Shown: positions 26,125 through 39,974 of the stretch, one piece after another
Numbering within the stretch: the first letter of the stretch is position 1
How the letters are laid out: the number at the start of each line of letters is the position of its first letter
Origin: Octopus vulgaris
Lineage: Eukaryota
Length of the DNA stretch: 64,000 bases
Assembly (NCBI GenBank): GCA_951406725.2
Contig: OX597821.1
Span: forward strand, 81,840,001-81,904,000
Reading direction: 5' to 3'
The notes under the pieces: generated by a model
Database searches by the model: none
What the model was told of the DNA's origin: nothing
What the model saw: the letters and a program-made list of their open reading frames with translations, nothing else
Translations under genes and position numbers: made by a program

Positions 26125-26970
26125 TTCTATTTTTGGGACAAGGTCAGCAATTTCTGAGGAAGGCATAAGTTGATGACATTGATCCCAGTACTCAACTGGT
26201 ACTCATTTTATCAACACTGAAAGGATGAAAGGCAACCCCAGTACGGAACTGGTACTTAATCTATCGACCCCGAAAGGATAAAAGGCAAAATCAACCTTGG
26301 TAGAATTGGAACACAGAATGTAAAGATGGACGAAATACCACAAAGCATTTTGCCCGACATGCTAACAGTTCTGCTCACTACATGATGTAATAGTAGATGG
26401 CAGAAACGTTAACACACCAGGTGAAAGGCTTAGTGGTATTTCGTCTGCTGCTATGTTCTGAGTTCAAATTCCACCGAGGTCGACTTTGCCTTTCAGCCTT
26501 TTGGGGTTGATTAAATAAGTACCAGTTATGCACTGGGGTCGATATAATCGATTTAATCTGTTTGTCTGTCCTTGTTTGTCCTCTCTGTGTTTAGCCGCTT
26601 GTGGGTAGTTAAGAAATAGGTATTTTGTCTGTCTTTAAGTTTTGAGTTCAAATTCCACCGAGGCCGACTTTGCCTTTTATCCTTTTGGAGTCGATAGATT
26701 AAGTACCAGTTGTGTATTGGGTTGATCTAATCGACTGGCCTCCGCCATAAAATTTTGGGCCTTTTGGCAGAATCATTATTATGCAGAGCAAAATGCTTAG
26801 CAGCATTGTGTCTGCCTTTACGTTCTAAGTTCAAATTCTACCAAAGTTGACTTTGCATTTCATCCTTTCAGAATTGATAAAATGAGTACCAGTTGAACAC
26901 CGGGGTTGATGTAGTCAACTTATCCATCCCCTATAATTGCTGGCCTTGTGCCAAAATTTGAAATCACTAT
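26125..26970. mobile_element. Cluster of SINE family B copies in both orientations
   Basis: Minus copy/copies at 26125-26376; plus copies at 26396-26615, 26617-26760 and 26766-26970. Confidence 0.85.
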
Positions 26971-27967
26971 TAGTTGAAGAGGCAAAATAGAAGAAACAGA
27001 TTGTTTGCAGGTTTGCAGTGTGGCTTGTTGGCAAATCATTGAATACAGTCATACAGTTATACAAACGGTAAATCATCTAATTAGTCATTCAGTTATACAG
27101 GTAACAAACTGGCACAGTCATTAGAGCATTGGGCAAAATGCCAAATCTCTACTCTATGAGATCAAATTCTGTGGGTTTCAACTTTGCTGTTCATCTTTTC
27201 AGGGTCAACGAAAAATGTACTAACCCAGGATGTTGAACTGGTGGTGGTAGTGGTGCTACTGCTGCTACTGCTGCTGCTGCTGCTGATGATGATGATGATG
27301 CAAATATGTTGGACCGAATATCTTGTATTTGTTTAGGGTATAGCTTTCAACACCCAGATTCCTCTCACAAGCTATTTGTCAACTACTGTAGAAGACGTTT
27401 GTCCAAAGTGCCACACAGTGAGATTGAACTTGCAATCACGCAGTTACAAAGTGAACTTTTTGTCTACACATCTATGTCTGTGCCTCTGTGCCTAAATCAT
27501 AATCCATCTGCAGAAATGTGAAAGCATGCAGGGCTGTCTGATGATTGTGCTACTGCTGGAGCTGAAGATGATGAAGATGATGATGATGATGATGATGATG
27601 ATAACAGAGATGGCCATCATTGTCATCATTGTCATCCTCCCTCCTCCCTTCTCCTTCCTCTCCTTCTTCTTCACTTGCTCATCATCTTTGATGATTTAAA
27701 TGTCCACAGGCTCTTCTATTAAGCATGGGTTGGAGAAATATGTTGTGTTTGTCCAAGGTGGAATCTCTTTCTTCCTCATACTTTTGACACCCACAGAATA
27801 AGCCGGGTGTTGGGGTGTAAACAAATACATTTCATGGAAATTGAACCACCCCTAACTGCTTAGTAATTACAACACACAACATTCTATGACTGGCAGAGTG
27901 TCTACCTATATGAGTGAGTTGATGTATATACATGTGATGAATGTGAATGTACTTTATATATATATAT

Positions 27968-28331
27968 AGGAGTGGCTGTGTGGTAAGTAGCTTGCTAACC
28001 AACCACACAGTTGCGGGTTCAGTCCCACTGCGTGGCATCTTGGGCAAGTGTCTTCTGCTATAGCCCCGGGCCGACCAATGCCTTGTGAGTGGATTTGGTA
28101 GACGGAAACTGAAAGAAGCCTGTCGTATATATGTATATATATATGTGTGTGTGTTTGTGTGTCTGTGTTTGTCCCCCTAGCATTGCTTGACAATCGATGC
28201 TGGTGTGTTTACGTCCCCGTCACTTAGCGGTTCGGCAAAAAGAGACCGATAGAATAAGTACTAAAAGGTGGTGCTCCAGCATGGCTGCAGTCAAATGACT
28301 GAAACAAGTAAAAGAGTAAAAGAGTAAAGAG
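27968..28331 (+). mobile_element. SINE family A, young-looking copy
   Basis: A box tggctgtgtgg, B box ggttcagtccc, CORE-like cttgggcaagtgtctt, internal (TA)/(GT), tail (aaaagagt)n; CpGs retained. Confidence 0.9.
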
Positions 28332-29455
28332 TATATATATATATGTGTGTGTGTATGTATGTATGTATGTATAGTACAAACAAACATGTACAAGGATATG
28401 TTGTGAATGGATATAAGTATGACTGAGGGAGAAAATCAGAGTTAGAGAAGAAGGTAGAAAAAGAAAGCAAGTGAACAGAAAGTGAGAGAGAGAGAGAGAG
28501 AGCTTTTACAGATGATAGTTATAATTGTGTTGCAAGTGGGTGTCCTTCTCTGTTACCATAGAAACTACGCACATAACTGGGGCAGATACCTATAGTTAGT
28601 TATACAGCTTCATTACATAACTGCTGGTAACAAACACTTGCACGGTTATCCTGTCTGTCTGCCTGTCCACCCGTCTGTCTGTGCATGTGTACCACATTGC
28701 ATTCTTGACTGTCCACCTTCGTCATTCTCTCCCTGTCTGCTTGTCAACTTGTTATTTTGACTGTCATTTTTTGTCAACTTTCTGTTATGTCCCTATCTGT
28801 CAGTTAGTCTGCTATTTTGTCAACAATTTTGTCTGTCGGTTTGTTATCATTTGAACTTTGTCCAGTCGTCAGCCTACCACTATGTCCTTATCTGTCTGAT
28901 AACATACAACATTGGCCCCGATTTTAACTGTCCACCTGTATTTTGACCACCTGTCATTTCGTCATTGTCTGTCTATCAGCTTGTCATTTTGTCCATTTTG
29001 TCCATTTTGCCTGTATCTGTCCATCATTAATATATCTGTCAGTTTGAGAGACTGACAGACCACCTGTCATTTTGTCCAGCAGTTTGACAATCCAGTCTGT
29101 CAATCTTCCCTCCCACTACCTCCCTCTCTCTTAATATATATCTTAAATAATTTTATATATATGTATATATATACATACATATCTGTCTAACTAACTTTCT
29201 TCCTGTCTACCTGCCTGTCTATTTTCCTTCCGCTTTACCAATTTGTCATCATCATCATCACTATCATATTTATTACCATGACAACTAGCACCAGCATCAC
29301 CAGCACCACTATTAACATTGTTATCACCATCCTAGCAACCACCACCACCACCACTACCACACCCACTACCACCACCATATTACTGTATACCCACGAAGTA
29401 TACATCACTTTATATGGTGTTGGTTGGTTGGTGCTGCCACTACAACTGCTACTAC

Positions 29456-29490
<35 letters not shown>

Positions 29491-29821
29491 TTGTTGTGGT
29501 TGTTGTTAGTGTTGTTTGGGTTTTGGCACACTTCAGTTTCTCCTTGAAGCCTATCATCTGTCATTGGTGGTAGATGTGAGGTGAGAGATTGGGGTGGGGA
29601 GAGTGATGCTTTCACCCAACTTATTCTCCACTCTCTAGGACCACATACCACTAACACCACTACCATCACATCACTGTCACCCATCCCAACTCCCACCCTC
29701 TTCACCTCACCACCACCACCAACACCACCACCACCATACCACCACACAACCACTACCATCTCAATCATACTGCAATATCACCATCCCTACCATTATCTCT
29801 GCTATACTGCTACCCAAACAG

Positions 29822-30402
29822 CTACAAGCACCATTACCATATTACCACTTATACCACCACCATAATCGCTATTATAGTACCACCCCTGTCATACCACACC
29901 ATCACCGTCACCATCACCATCCTGCTACCACCAGCACCATCAACACCACTACCAAAACACCACCACCACCACCACCACCACCACCGCCGCCACTGGCACC
30001 TCCAATGCCACCGCCATCACTACAGTTTCTGTACCACTGCCGTTGCCACTACATGACAGTCTTAGTCTTCCCCCACCATTCCATGATTCTAGCTTGGTGT
30101 GCGTGCAGGTTTTTTGACCTACAAGCACCATTACCATATTACCACTTATACCACCACCATAATCGCTATTATAGTACCACCCCTGTCATACCACACCATC
30201 ACCGTCACCATCACCATCCTGCTACCACCAACACCATACCAACACCACCACCACCACCACCACCACCACCGCCGCCACTGGCACCTCCAATGCCACCGCC
30301 ATCACTACAGTTTCTGTACCACTGCCGTTGCCACTACATGACAGTCTTAGTCTTCCCCCACCATTCCATGATTCTAGCTTGGTGTGCGTGCAGGTTTTTT
30401 GA
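29822..30402. repeat. Near-perfect ~290-bp tandem duplication in an ACC-rich region
   Basis: Unit ctacaagcacc...gcgtgcaggttttttga at 29822-30117 and 30119-30402. Confidence 0.9.
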
Positions 30403-30860
30403 GAGAGAGAGAGAGAGAGAGTGGGTGGGTGGGTGCAGCATGGCAGGCAAGGCTTATTTGTGTATCACAGACTTCATAACCATTAGCAGCATCATGATCA
30501 ACATACTGCAGAGATAAGCAAAGTGGTGGAAGTGAGAAAGGATGGGAGGGCGAGAGAGAGAGAGAGAGAGAGAGCGACTGAGAGAGAGTGAAAGAGAGTA
30601 AGTATATTAGAGAAGAGATATACTTATATTAGAGGTGAGAGAGATAATGTATATAAGAGGAGAGAGAGATGATATGTTTTAGAGAAGAGAGAGAGGCAGA
30701 GAGAGAAAGAAAGAAAGAGAGAAAGAGAGAGAGAAAAAAAGAGAATGATGTATGATATATATATTAGACTCGATAGATGATATATTAAGGAGAGAGACAG
30801 ACAGACAGGGATATGATATACATCAGAGGAGAGGATATGATATATATATATATATATATA

Positions 30861-31218
30861 TTGTTATATTTCTGGGCGGTCATTTTTTATTTTCTTGTCA
30901 AATAAACACACACACTATATATTCGTTCGCCACTTATTTATTATTGTTCTTATGTTATGTCCATTGTCTGGAAATCTTTTGCCATGCATCTCTGATCTCT
31001 GTTTAGCCCATTGGACTTAAGAGAACAGGAAGATACACATGGCAGGGAGAGTTGCTGAAGAGGTCACAGGTGCATGACAAAAAATTTCCAGACAATAGAC
31101 ATAAAATAACAATAAAAAAACAAGTGAAGAACGAATATATGGGGCATGTGTTTATTTGGCAAGAAAAATGTAAAAAAGAAAATGACCATCCCCGAAAAAT
31201 AATAGTATCTGTTACAAC
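30861..31218. mobile_element. Fold-back/MITE-like element with ~145-bp imperfect TIRs
   Basis: Left ggtcattttt..ttttcttgtcaaataaacac...attgtctggaaat..tgcatc matches the reverse complement of right gtgcatgac..atttccagacaat...gtgtttatttggcaagaaaa..aaaatgacc. Confidence 0.75.
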
Positions 31219-31270
31219 ACCTGATTTCACATCAGGAAGCTTGAAAAAGAGATACATAAACATACATATA

Positions 31271-31309
<39 letters not shown>

Positions 31310-31739
31310 ACATGCACACACACACACACACATTCACAACATAAGATATATATCATCATCATCATCATCATCATCATCGTTTAGCATCCGCTTTCCATGC
31401 TGGCATGGGTTGGACAGTTCAACTGCGGTCTGGGCAGCCAGAAGGCTGCACCAGGCCCAGTCCGATCTGGCAATGTTTCTACGGCTGGATGCCCTTCCTA
31501 TCGCCAACCACTCTGTGAGTGTAGTGGGTGCTTTTACATGCCACCGGCACAAGTGCCAGACGAGGCTGGCAAACGGCCACAATCGGATGGTGCTTTTTAC
31601 GTGTCACCGGCACGAGGCCAGTTGGGGCGGTGCTGGCAACGGCCACATTCGGATGGTTCTTTTACGTACCACCGGCACTGGTATCACAGCTGCAATTTCC
31701 ATTGATGTTAATCGATATATATATATATATATATATATA

Positions 31740-32060
31740 AACTGGATAAACTGGCAATCTGTTGGTTTGGTGATGACCTGAGCAATAGAACAGGCTGATC
31801 ATGAAATTAATGTACAAGTGACTGAGCACCTCATAGACATGCGTACCCTTAATATAGCTCTCAGGGAGATTCAGTGTGACACAGAATGTGACAAGTCTGG
31901 ATCTTTGAATTAGAGGCACAACCCATTTTTGCCAACTGAGTGGACTGGAGCATTGTGAAATAAAGTGTCTTGTTCAAGGACACAATGTGTTGCCAGGAAT
32001 TGAAATTACGACTTTATGATCATGAGCTAAATACCCTAACCACTAAGCCAAACGCCTTCA
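31740..32060 (-). mobile_element. SINE family D (alternative tail)
   Basis: Family D head and core (ccctaaccactaagcc, ctgagtggactggagca) with a different 3' part. Confidence 0.7.
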
Positions 32061-32112
32061 TATATATGTATGTATATATATGTGTGTGTGTGTGTATATG
32101 TATGTATGTATG

Positions 32113-32164
<52 letters not shown>

Positions 32165-32177
32165 CATACATATATAT

Positions 32178-32235
<58 letters not shown>

Positions 32236-32270
32236 TCATCATATAATGTCTGTCTTAAACGCCGATGATG

Positions 32271-32336
<66 letters not shown>

Positions 32337-32936
32337 GGTGAGCACATAAGAAGTGCAAAAGGTGGTAAGAATAGTACCCGAATACCAAAGGTAATGTACT
32401 TTTTATTAAAGCTGCAAAATTATCACAGAACTCAGAGTTTTACATTCCCTGTTCGTCGGACGCTCGTTATCTATCTGTCTATCTATCTATCTATCTATCT
32501 ATCTACTTATCTCTGTCTGTCTGTATGTGTGTATGCATGTATGTCAACATCATCATCATCATCATTTAATGTCCATTTTCCATGCTGGGATGGGTTGGAT
32601 GGTTTGCCATATATATTTATATATATATATATATATATCACAAGCAAAAGAGTGTTTGAGAGAGAGAGAGGAAGAGAGAGTTTAGAGAGATAAGGAATAC
32701 ATAAAAATAAAGTTGTAATTCTCTAAGCCCCAGTTTGGATCAGCTCCACCAACGCCCACAACAAATACATTCCAGGATATATTATGTAATGCGTTCTTTT
32801 TTTTTTTTAAAGAAGTTAGGGTGTGATTTCAAGGAGATTTAGTTGCTATTTTTTGCAGGTCAATAAACTGTTTAGCAGGCTGCCTTCATTGGCTAAAGGA
32901 AGAGTGTATAGCATGTGTGTGTGTTTGTGTGTGTGT

Positions 32937-32972
<36 letters not shown>

Positions 32973-33090
32973 ATGAGAGAGACAGTGCGGAGGAGAGGGA
33001 GAGGCAGTGTGTGGAGGCATAAGAAGAATGGGAAGATGAGGGATAAGAATAAGAAACAGAAATGGGAGAATGTGCATAGCTTAAGAGAGG

Positions 33091-33143
<53 letters not shown>

Positions 33144-33781
33144 AAAGTTAAAAGAAAGAGTGTTAGAGAGTGAAAGTTTGGAAAAAAAGCCTGAGAAAGT
33201 GTGGGAGGAGGAGAGGGAATGAGAGTGGAAAAAAAGTGCAGGAAAGAAGGAAAGTATATTTCAAGAGAGAAGAGGAAAGTAGAGAAAGAAGAAATACCTG
33301 AGTGAGAAAGAAAGAGAGAAGGGGAGGGAAAGAGAGAAGGGGAGAGAAAGAGAGAAGGGGAGGGAAAGAGAGAAGGGGAGGGAAAGAGAGGTGTTATTGT
33401 GGCACGTGTCTTTACACATGGAATAATAAATAAACTGAGAAAAGTTAGAAAGGTGTCAGAGGTGAAGGGAAAGGTGTGATGGGACAGAAGTAAGTGTGTG
33501 TGTGTGTGTGTGTGTGCGTGTGTGTGTGTGCGTGTGTGTGTGTGTGTGTGTGTGGTAGAAGTATTGGCCACTGAGGTGTAGTGGGTAACAGATGGGTGGT
33601 GATGGTGGGTGGAGTGAATTAACGATTCTAGAATAAACAACTTTATATTGCATCAGATATGAACGAACATATTTCTGTGTGTGGGAGTAGGATGAATTAC
33701 ATATATGTGTGTGCGTGTGCATGTGTGTGTGCGTGTGTGTGAGTGTATATGTGTGTGTATGCACTTAAATATTTATGTGTC

Positions 33782-33813
<32 letters not shown>

Positions 33814-34608
33814 GTTTAATGTCCGTTTGCAGGAGCTGGCGAGCCAGAGGGATGCATCAGGCTCCAGTCATTTGTTTTGGTTTGGTTTCTATGGCTGGAA
33901 GCCCTTCCTAACACCAACTATTTTACATTAAGATGTACTGGGTATTTTTTTTATATCGTACCAGCATCAGTGCTTTTTACATGACACAACTCTCTCTCTC
34001 TATATATATATCTAGCTCTATGTCTTTCTCCATTTCAAAGTTAAGAGTAAAAAATAAAGCAACCCTGCAAAACACAAATGATCTTTACACACAGACACAC
34101 AGAATAAGAGCAATCAAGTAATGACAGCAGAGTGCACAACAAACATCAGTGATCTGACTGTTACCTGTATTCTTGGACAAAAGATGCCAGTTAGTCTTTT
34201 ACACTTATCAAGATTGTTCGTATTAGCACGAGTTGCTGGATAATTTTTCGTTTCTTTAAGAATATCTTAGAGTGGAAACTTTTCATAGATTGGAATTTAA
34301 TTCTTAATCTCTACAGAAATTTATTGTTTGAAGAAAACATTGAATTTAAATTACTTTTAACTTTTACGATTATAGATAACAACTCGGGCTGTAACTTCTG
34401 AGCCCGAGTCAGGCGTGTGTGAATGATGTTGAGAGAACGTCCGCTACGAATGATATTTTAAGACACAGGGTACTTCTAAGATGACTGTCAGATGTTGAAT
34501 GAGAATAAATAAACTGTGACTAGGTTTGATAAAAGGAGCTCGAGTTATTGGCTGCAATTATATAATTGAAGTCAGTGTTGGCAGAAATTAAACCAGCTTG
34601 CAAATACA

Positions 34609-34813
34609 CTCTCTTTTACTCTTTTACTTGTTTCAGTCATCTGACCGCGGCTATGCTGGAGCACCGCCTTTTAATCGAGCAACTCGACCCCGGGACTTAT
34701 TCTTTTTGTAAGCCCAGTACTTATTCTATCGGTCTCTTTTGCTGAACCGCTAAGTAACGGGGACATAAACACACCAGCATTGGTTGTCAAGCAATGCTAG
34801 GGGGACAAACACA

Positions 34814-34905
<92 letters not shown>

Positions 34906-35070
34906 TACATAGGGCTTCTTTCAGTTTCTGTCTACCAAATCCACTCACAAGGCTTTGGTCGGCCCGAGGCTATAGTAGAAGACACTTGCCCAAGGTGCCA
35001 CGCAGTGGGACTGAACCCGGAACCATGTGGTTGGTAAACAAGCTATTTACCACACAGCCACTCCTGTGCC
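34609..35070 (-). mobile_element. SINE family A, full-length young-looking copy
   Basis: Complete head to tail, CpG-rich, internal (TA)n(GT)n. Confidence 0.9.
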
Positions 35071-36259
35071 TTCACTTTACTAAATTTATACTCGGGCTAA
35101 GCTTGAACAGTCTGAGTGCTGGAGTCACCACTGACACACACACACACACACACACATAATATATCATCATCATTGTTTAGTGTCTGTTTTCCATGCTGGC
35201 ATGGGTTGGATGGTTTGAGAGCAGCACGCCAGCTGAAGGGCTGCTCAGGCTCAATGTCTGTTATAACATGGTTCCTGTGGCTTGATGCCCTTCCTAATGC
35301 CAACCCCTTTACAGAGTCTATTGGGTGCATCTACATAGCACAAGCATAGATGCTTTTACGCAGTACCAGTATGGGGGCTTTTTACATGGAACCAGCACCC
35401 ATGAGCCCACAAGATTAAGAACACTCAGCTAAAGAAAGATGCAAGGGACATGCCTGTATGCAAGCTTGAAGTGTCTTCTCAAGCACAGCAAACTGCCAGA
35501 CGTCTTGGTTCCCTGTCATCCCCTCTGTTAGGCCCAACATCTGAAGTTCCTTTCTCATATACTCATGTGTTCTGTGTATGTGATCTGTATATCATCATCA
35601 TCATCATCATCATCATTTGATACCTATCTTCCATGACAAGATCCATGGAGGATGGAGGACTACATCATGCTCCAGTGTCTGCTTCCGTATGGTTTCTATG
35701 GCTGGATGACCTTCCTAATGCCAATTACTTTATAGAGTGTACTGGAGGTTTTTATTTTTCTTTGTGGCACCAGCACTAGGGACGTTTGTAATTTGCAAGA
35801 CTAAAAAGACCTCTTCAACTGAGGTGGCCTTATACATATCCATATATATCTATAATTATGTATGTGTGAGTGTACATGTAAAAAAAACAAAAATCTCTTA
35901 CATTTATTAAAAACTACCTTCCTCTTTTATTTAGAAAAGCTGTAAAAACTGTGTATAAGCATGTGTGTGCATATACATATAAACACATACACTCACACAC
36001 ACACATACACACACATACACACACATACATGTTTATGTGTGAGAAACAGACGTATAAAATTATTCACAAAGCATTCATATATAATATATGAAGTATGCCA
36101 TATATTTAGTACATATAATATATGAAAATATGCCATATATTTAGATACAGGTATGTATACACAATTGCTTACAAATGTGTGAACACACAAATGCATTTCA
36201 CACACATATGACTTATACTATCATCATACAATACAGACATGTATCCACATACCTACATA

Positions 36260-36478
36260 TTCTTTTCTACTCTAGGCACAAGGCTCGAAATTTTGGGGGA
36301 GGGGTCCAGTCAATTAAATCAACCCCAGTACACAACTGGTATTTGATTTATCGACCCCGAAAGAATGAAAGGCAAAGTCGACCTCGGTGGAATTTGAACT
36401 CAGAATGTAAAGACAGACGACATACTGCTAAGCATTTCACCTGGTGTGCATATCCATATATGCCAGCTTGCCACCTTC
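36260..36478 (-). mobile_element. SINE family B
   Basis: Family B consensus. Confidence 0.8.
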
Positions 36479-37894
36479 ACATACCTACATACTGACACAC
36501 ACATGCATTCAACATTCAACAGTCACACATAATCTACATATACATACATACACACATATATTATCATCCCACACAGTCATCGGAACCTTAATGTGAACAA
36601 GTCATTTATGTGTCCAGTGAACACCTGAGTGAATATGAAATGAACCTTGAAATACACTGAAATTCTTTACTCTTTTATCTCAATAATTTGCCTGACTGGT
36701 TATTTTATTGGCAGGTGTATGGCTAGTTTATCAGTTGTTCACATCTGTGGTATTTGGTTGGTTTATAAACTGTGTATGCCTGGGCTACTGCATAGTTTAT
36801 GTGGATATACCTGGAGACTGAGCTAGCTTTTTATTTAAATTTCAGGATACTTGATTATAATGTTTGCCATACATGGCTAATTTGAGGTTTACAATAGCAA
36901 AGAATATGACTAGTTTATGTTGTAAGCACTAAGGTACATAAACCAGTTTGGATGCAGACACAGATGAATAGTTCAGAAGTTTGCTTTACAATCCTGGGGC
37001 CCCACATTTGATCTCGCAGTCTTACCTTGGCTTGGTGTCTTCTAGCAGTCTTGTGTCAATCCAAGCCATGTGAGCAAAATTGTTTAAATAGAGGCTAAGG
37101 AAGCTCCCTTGGATGGTCTGTACCTGTTATTCAGATTGTTAGACTTGTCATATACTTTGAGACACTTTTTCAGTTTGTGGATTATGTTAAGAGTATAAGT
37201 CTCTGTGAAATATTCAACCAGATTCACTATAGTTCTATAAGTAAGTAGTTCCATTGATCAAGCATCTGAAGCATGCAGTCTTGGGACTGATGCAATATCC
37301 TTTTTACTTACATGGTACCCTGTAGACACCTGGGTACTTGGGTAGCCATTGATATTGCACACCTGTAAATACTTTTGTAGGTTCAGACAAAGGCTGCTGC
37401 AGATATCTAGCAAGGTGCAAAGTTGTAACAGTTGAGAAGCAAGTAAAACAACTGTCAGTTCTTTGTTATAAATACCTCATTTGCATATTGAAACAGTTCA
37501 CTTCATTTGCATATTGAGATTTGAAATAAACCGAATAAATGTGTCAGGCAATGCATAGAAACAAAGAGTGGTACCGAGTTTATTTAGACTAAATGCCACT
37601 GTTGTCGAACAAGTAGAAACAACAATTAAATTAACCCATTGCGGTTAATTTAATATAACTGGCATTTATTTCATCCCTACCATGTGGCTGGAAAGTAATT
37701 TGACACCAGTATAATTTGGACTCACAACACAGAAGTAAATTAAATTTTGGAAAGAATTTAATCTTATGGTCTTTTCTGTATTATATATCTCTTATGTTCT
37801 TCATATGTCTTAAGATGAATTAATCATAGTTTCACCATCTCTGTAGTGTTGTAGATGTGGGATTTAGAAGTGAGTCTCATTCATAGTAATGTTA

Positions 37895-38305
37895 GCATGT
37901 GAGTGTGTGGTAAGAAGCTTGCTTCCAAACCACATGGTTCTCAGTTCAGTCCCACAGTGTGGCACCTTGGACAAGTGTCTTCTACTATAGATTTGGGCCA
38001 ATCAAAGTCTTGAGAGTGAATTTATTACATGGAAACTGAAAGAAGCCTGTCATATGTGTATGTGTTTGTGTGTGTGTGCGTGTGTCTTTGTGTCTGTGTT
38101 TGTCCCCCATCACTACTTGACAACCAGTGTTGGTGTGTTTATGTCCCTGTAACTTAGCAGTTCAGCCTAAGAGACCGATAGAATAAGTACCAGGTTTAAC
38201 AAACAAATAAGTACTAAGGTCAATTGAATTGATTAAAAATTCTTCGAGGTGGTGCCCCAGCATGGCCACAGTCTAATGACTGAAACAAGTAAAAGATAAA
38301 AGATA
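37895..38305 (+). mobile_element. SINE family A
   Basis: Full-length plus copy. Confidence 0.85.
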
Positions 38306-38377
38306 GAATAATACTGTGTATAGAATAACTGAAGGTCTAAATATCAAACAAGTTGTCACTTTGAAAGTGTTAGATAT

Positions 38378-38592
38378 TCTTTTCTACTCTACGTACAAGG
38401 CCCAAAATTTTTAGGGAGGGGGCCAGTCGATTAGATCAACCCCAGTACACAGCTGGTCCTTAATCTATCGACCCTGAAAGAATGAAAGGCACAGTCAACC
38501 TCGGCAGAATTTGATCTCAGAATGTAAAGACAGACGAAATGCTACTAAGCATTTTGCCTGGCATGCTAACGTTTCTGCCAGTTCACTGCTTA
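38378..38592 (-). mobile_element. SINE family B
   Basis: Family B consensus. Confidence 0.8.
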
Positions 38593-38876
38593 GAAAGTGT
38601 TATATAATGAAATCAATGTCTGAATATTTTGAAGGTGAACTCACAATGAAGAATATATTTGAATATTTTTAAGCCAACTTTCATCAGAGTCAGTAAGAAA
38701 GAAGAACTCTCTTGAGTTTCTTCTTCTGTTACTGTTCACACTAAAATATTTTTGTATATTTTCTTTCATCAGCCCGAGCTTATTTACCAATTAATTATTT
38801 ATCTAAAAGAGAAAAATTAAAAACTATCAGAGTTAATACTGATTGGCTGTTCTTTAAAGTATGTTTCTCCTAAATA

Positions 38877-39215
38877 AAGGGCAAGGACCCCCTTCGGTCA
38901 TGGGTGACCATGGGATTGCACCTAGAAAGTTACCCTCTGAGGCATAAGTCTGGGCAAGGTCATTTATGGAAGACCAGCAGTCACCCATGCATACCGGCCT
39001 TCCCTTTCCATGCCACTGATGTTATCCAAGGGAAAGGCAAAGGCTGATACAACTTGGCACCAGTGATGTCACAACTCATTTCTACAGCTAAGTGAACTGG
39101 AGCAACATGAAACAAAGTGTCTTGCTCAAGAACAAAGCAGACAGTCTGGTTTGGGAATCAAACTCACTACCTCATGATCGTGAGTCTGACACTCTAACCA
39201 CTGAGCCATGTGCCT
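38877..39215 (-). mobile_element. SINE family D
   Basis: Reverse complement of the 54472-54800 copy. Confidence 0.85.
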
Positions 39216-39974
39216 AGAAACAAAATACCAAGTCTTGAGTCAAATTCCTTATTAGCTTTTTGATGTACTTGGGCAGCAAATGCCATACTTTGTAACTAAG
39301 TTTACTGAACACATGCGAGTAAGAACTAGATCCTTTGAGGATGTTGTATGAAATAGATCAGTGTCCTATCCAGAGACAATGAATACATTATCTGCCTCGT
39401 TCCAAAAAAAATAGAAGTAAGAACAGATCCTTTAAACTCCTTGAGGTTTGGGAGATAATATAAATTTTAGCATCAACTTAGTGGATGGCTACATGTAATT
39501 TGTTGTTTGAAATAGTACTACGTTTGGTGTATAATGACAGGGAACTAATGCAAAATTAGTAGGAAACTGCTACACAACCTGTAGTCACATAACTATTGAG
39601 AGATATGAAGCCGAGCGGACTTTTGCATGGGAACACTGAAGTGAATATTGGTATATTTGAGGCCTTTCAGCAAAGGGATATTATGGCTTACACAGTAACT
39701 ACATATGTATTGGTGGAGGTTGACCAAAATCTAAAATCTACTGTCAGAAGATTTGAACATGAAATAGTTTGTCACAATGCAGTAGTTTCTATCAATAGAA
39801 ACTCTGTTTTTAGATTAGAGATAAGGATAAAATTGTTTTCCATAATAATGTTGGGCGCTATATCACTAAGTTAGTCTCCCTCATGTCTTGTCTTGTTTTC
39901 CTTTTGTAATACTTCTCGCATGGTGGAATAAAACAGGTGATACTTCTCATTTGTGTTTTACACTTCCTATTCTG

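Noticed and set aside
27968-28040. tRNA genes suggested by A/B boxes
   Set aside because: These are SINE heads that continue into SINE bodies; no complete cloverleaf was seen.
29235-30517. Pro/Thr/His-rich ORFs
   Set aside because: ACC/CTG low-complexity sequence plus a tandem duplication; no domain recognised.
39596-39874. 92-aa non-repetitive ORF
   Set aside because: Non-ATG start in the track, no splice signals or recognisable domain; probably chance or a decayed TE.
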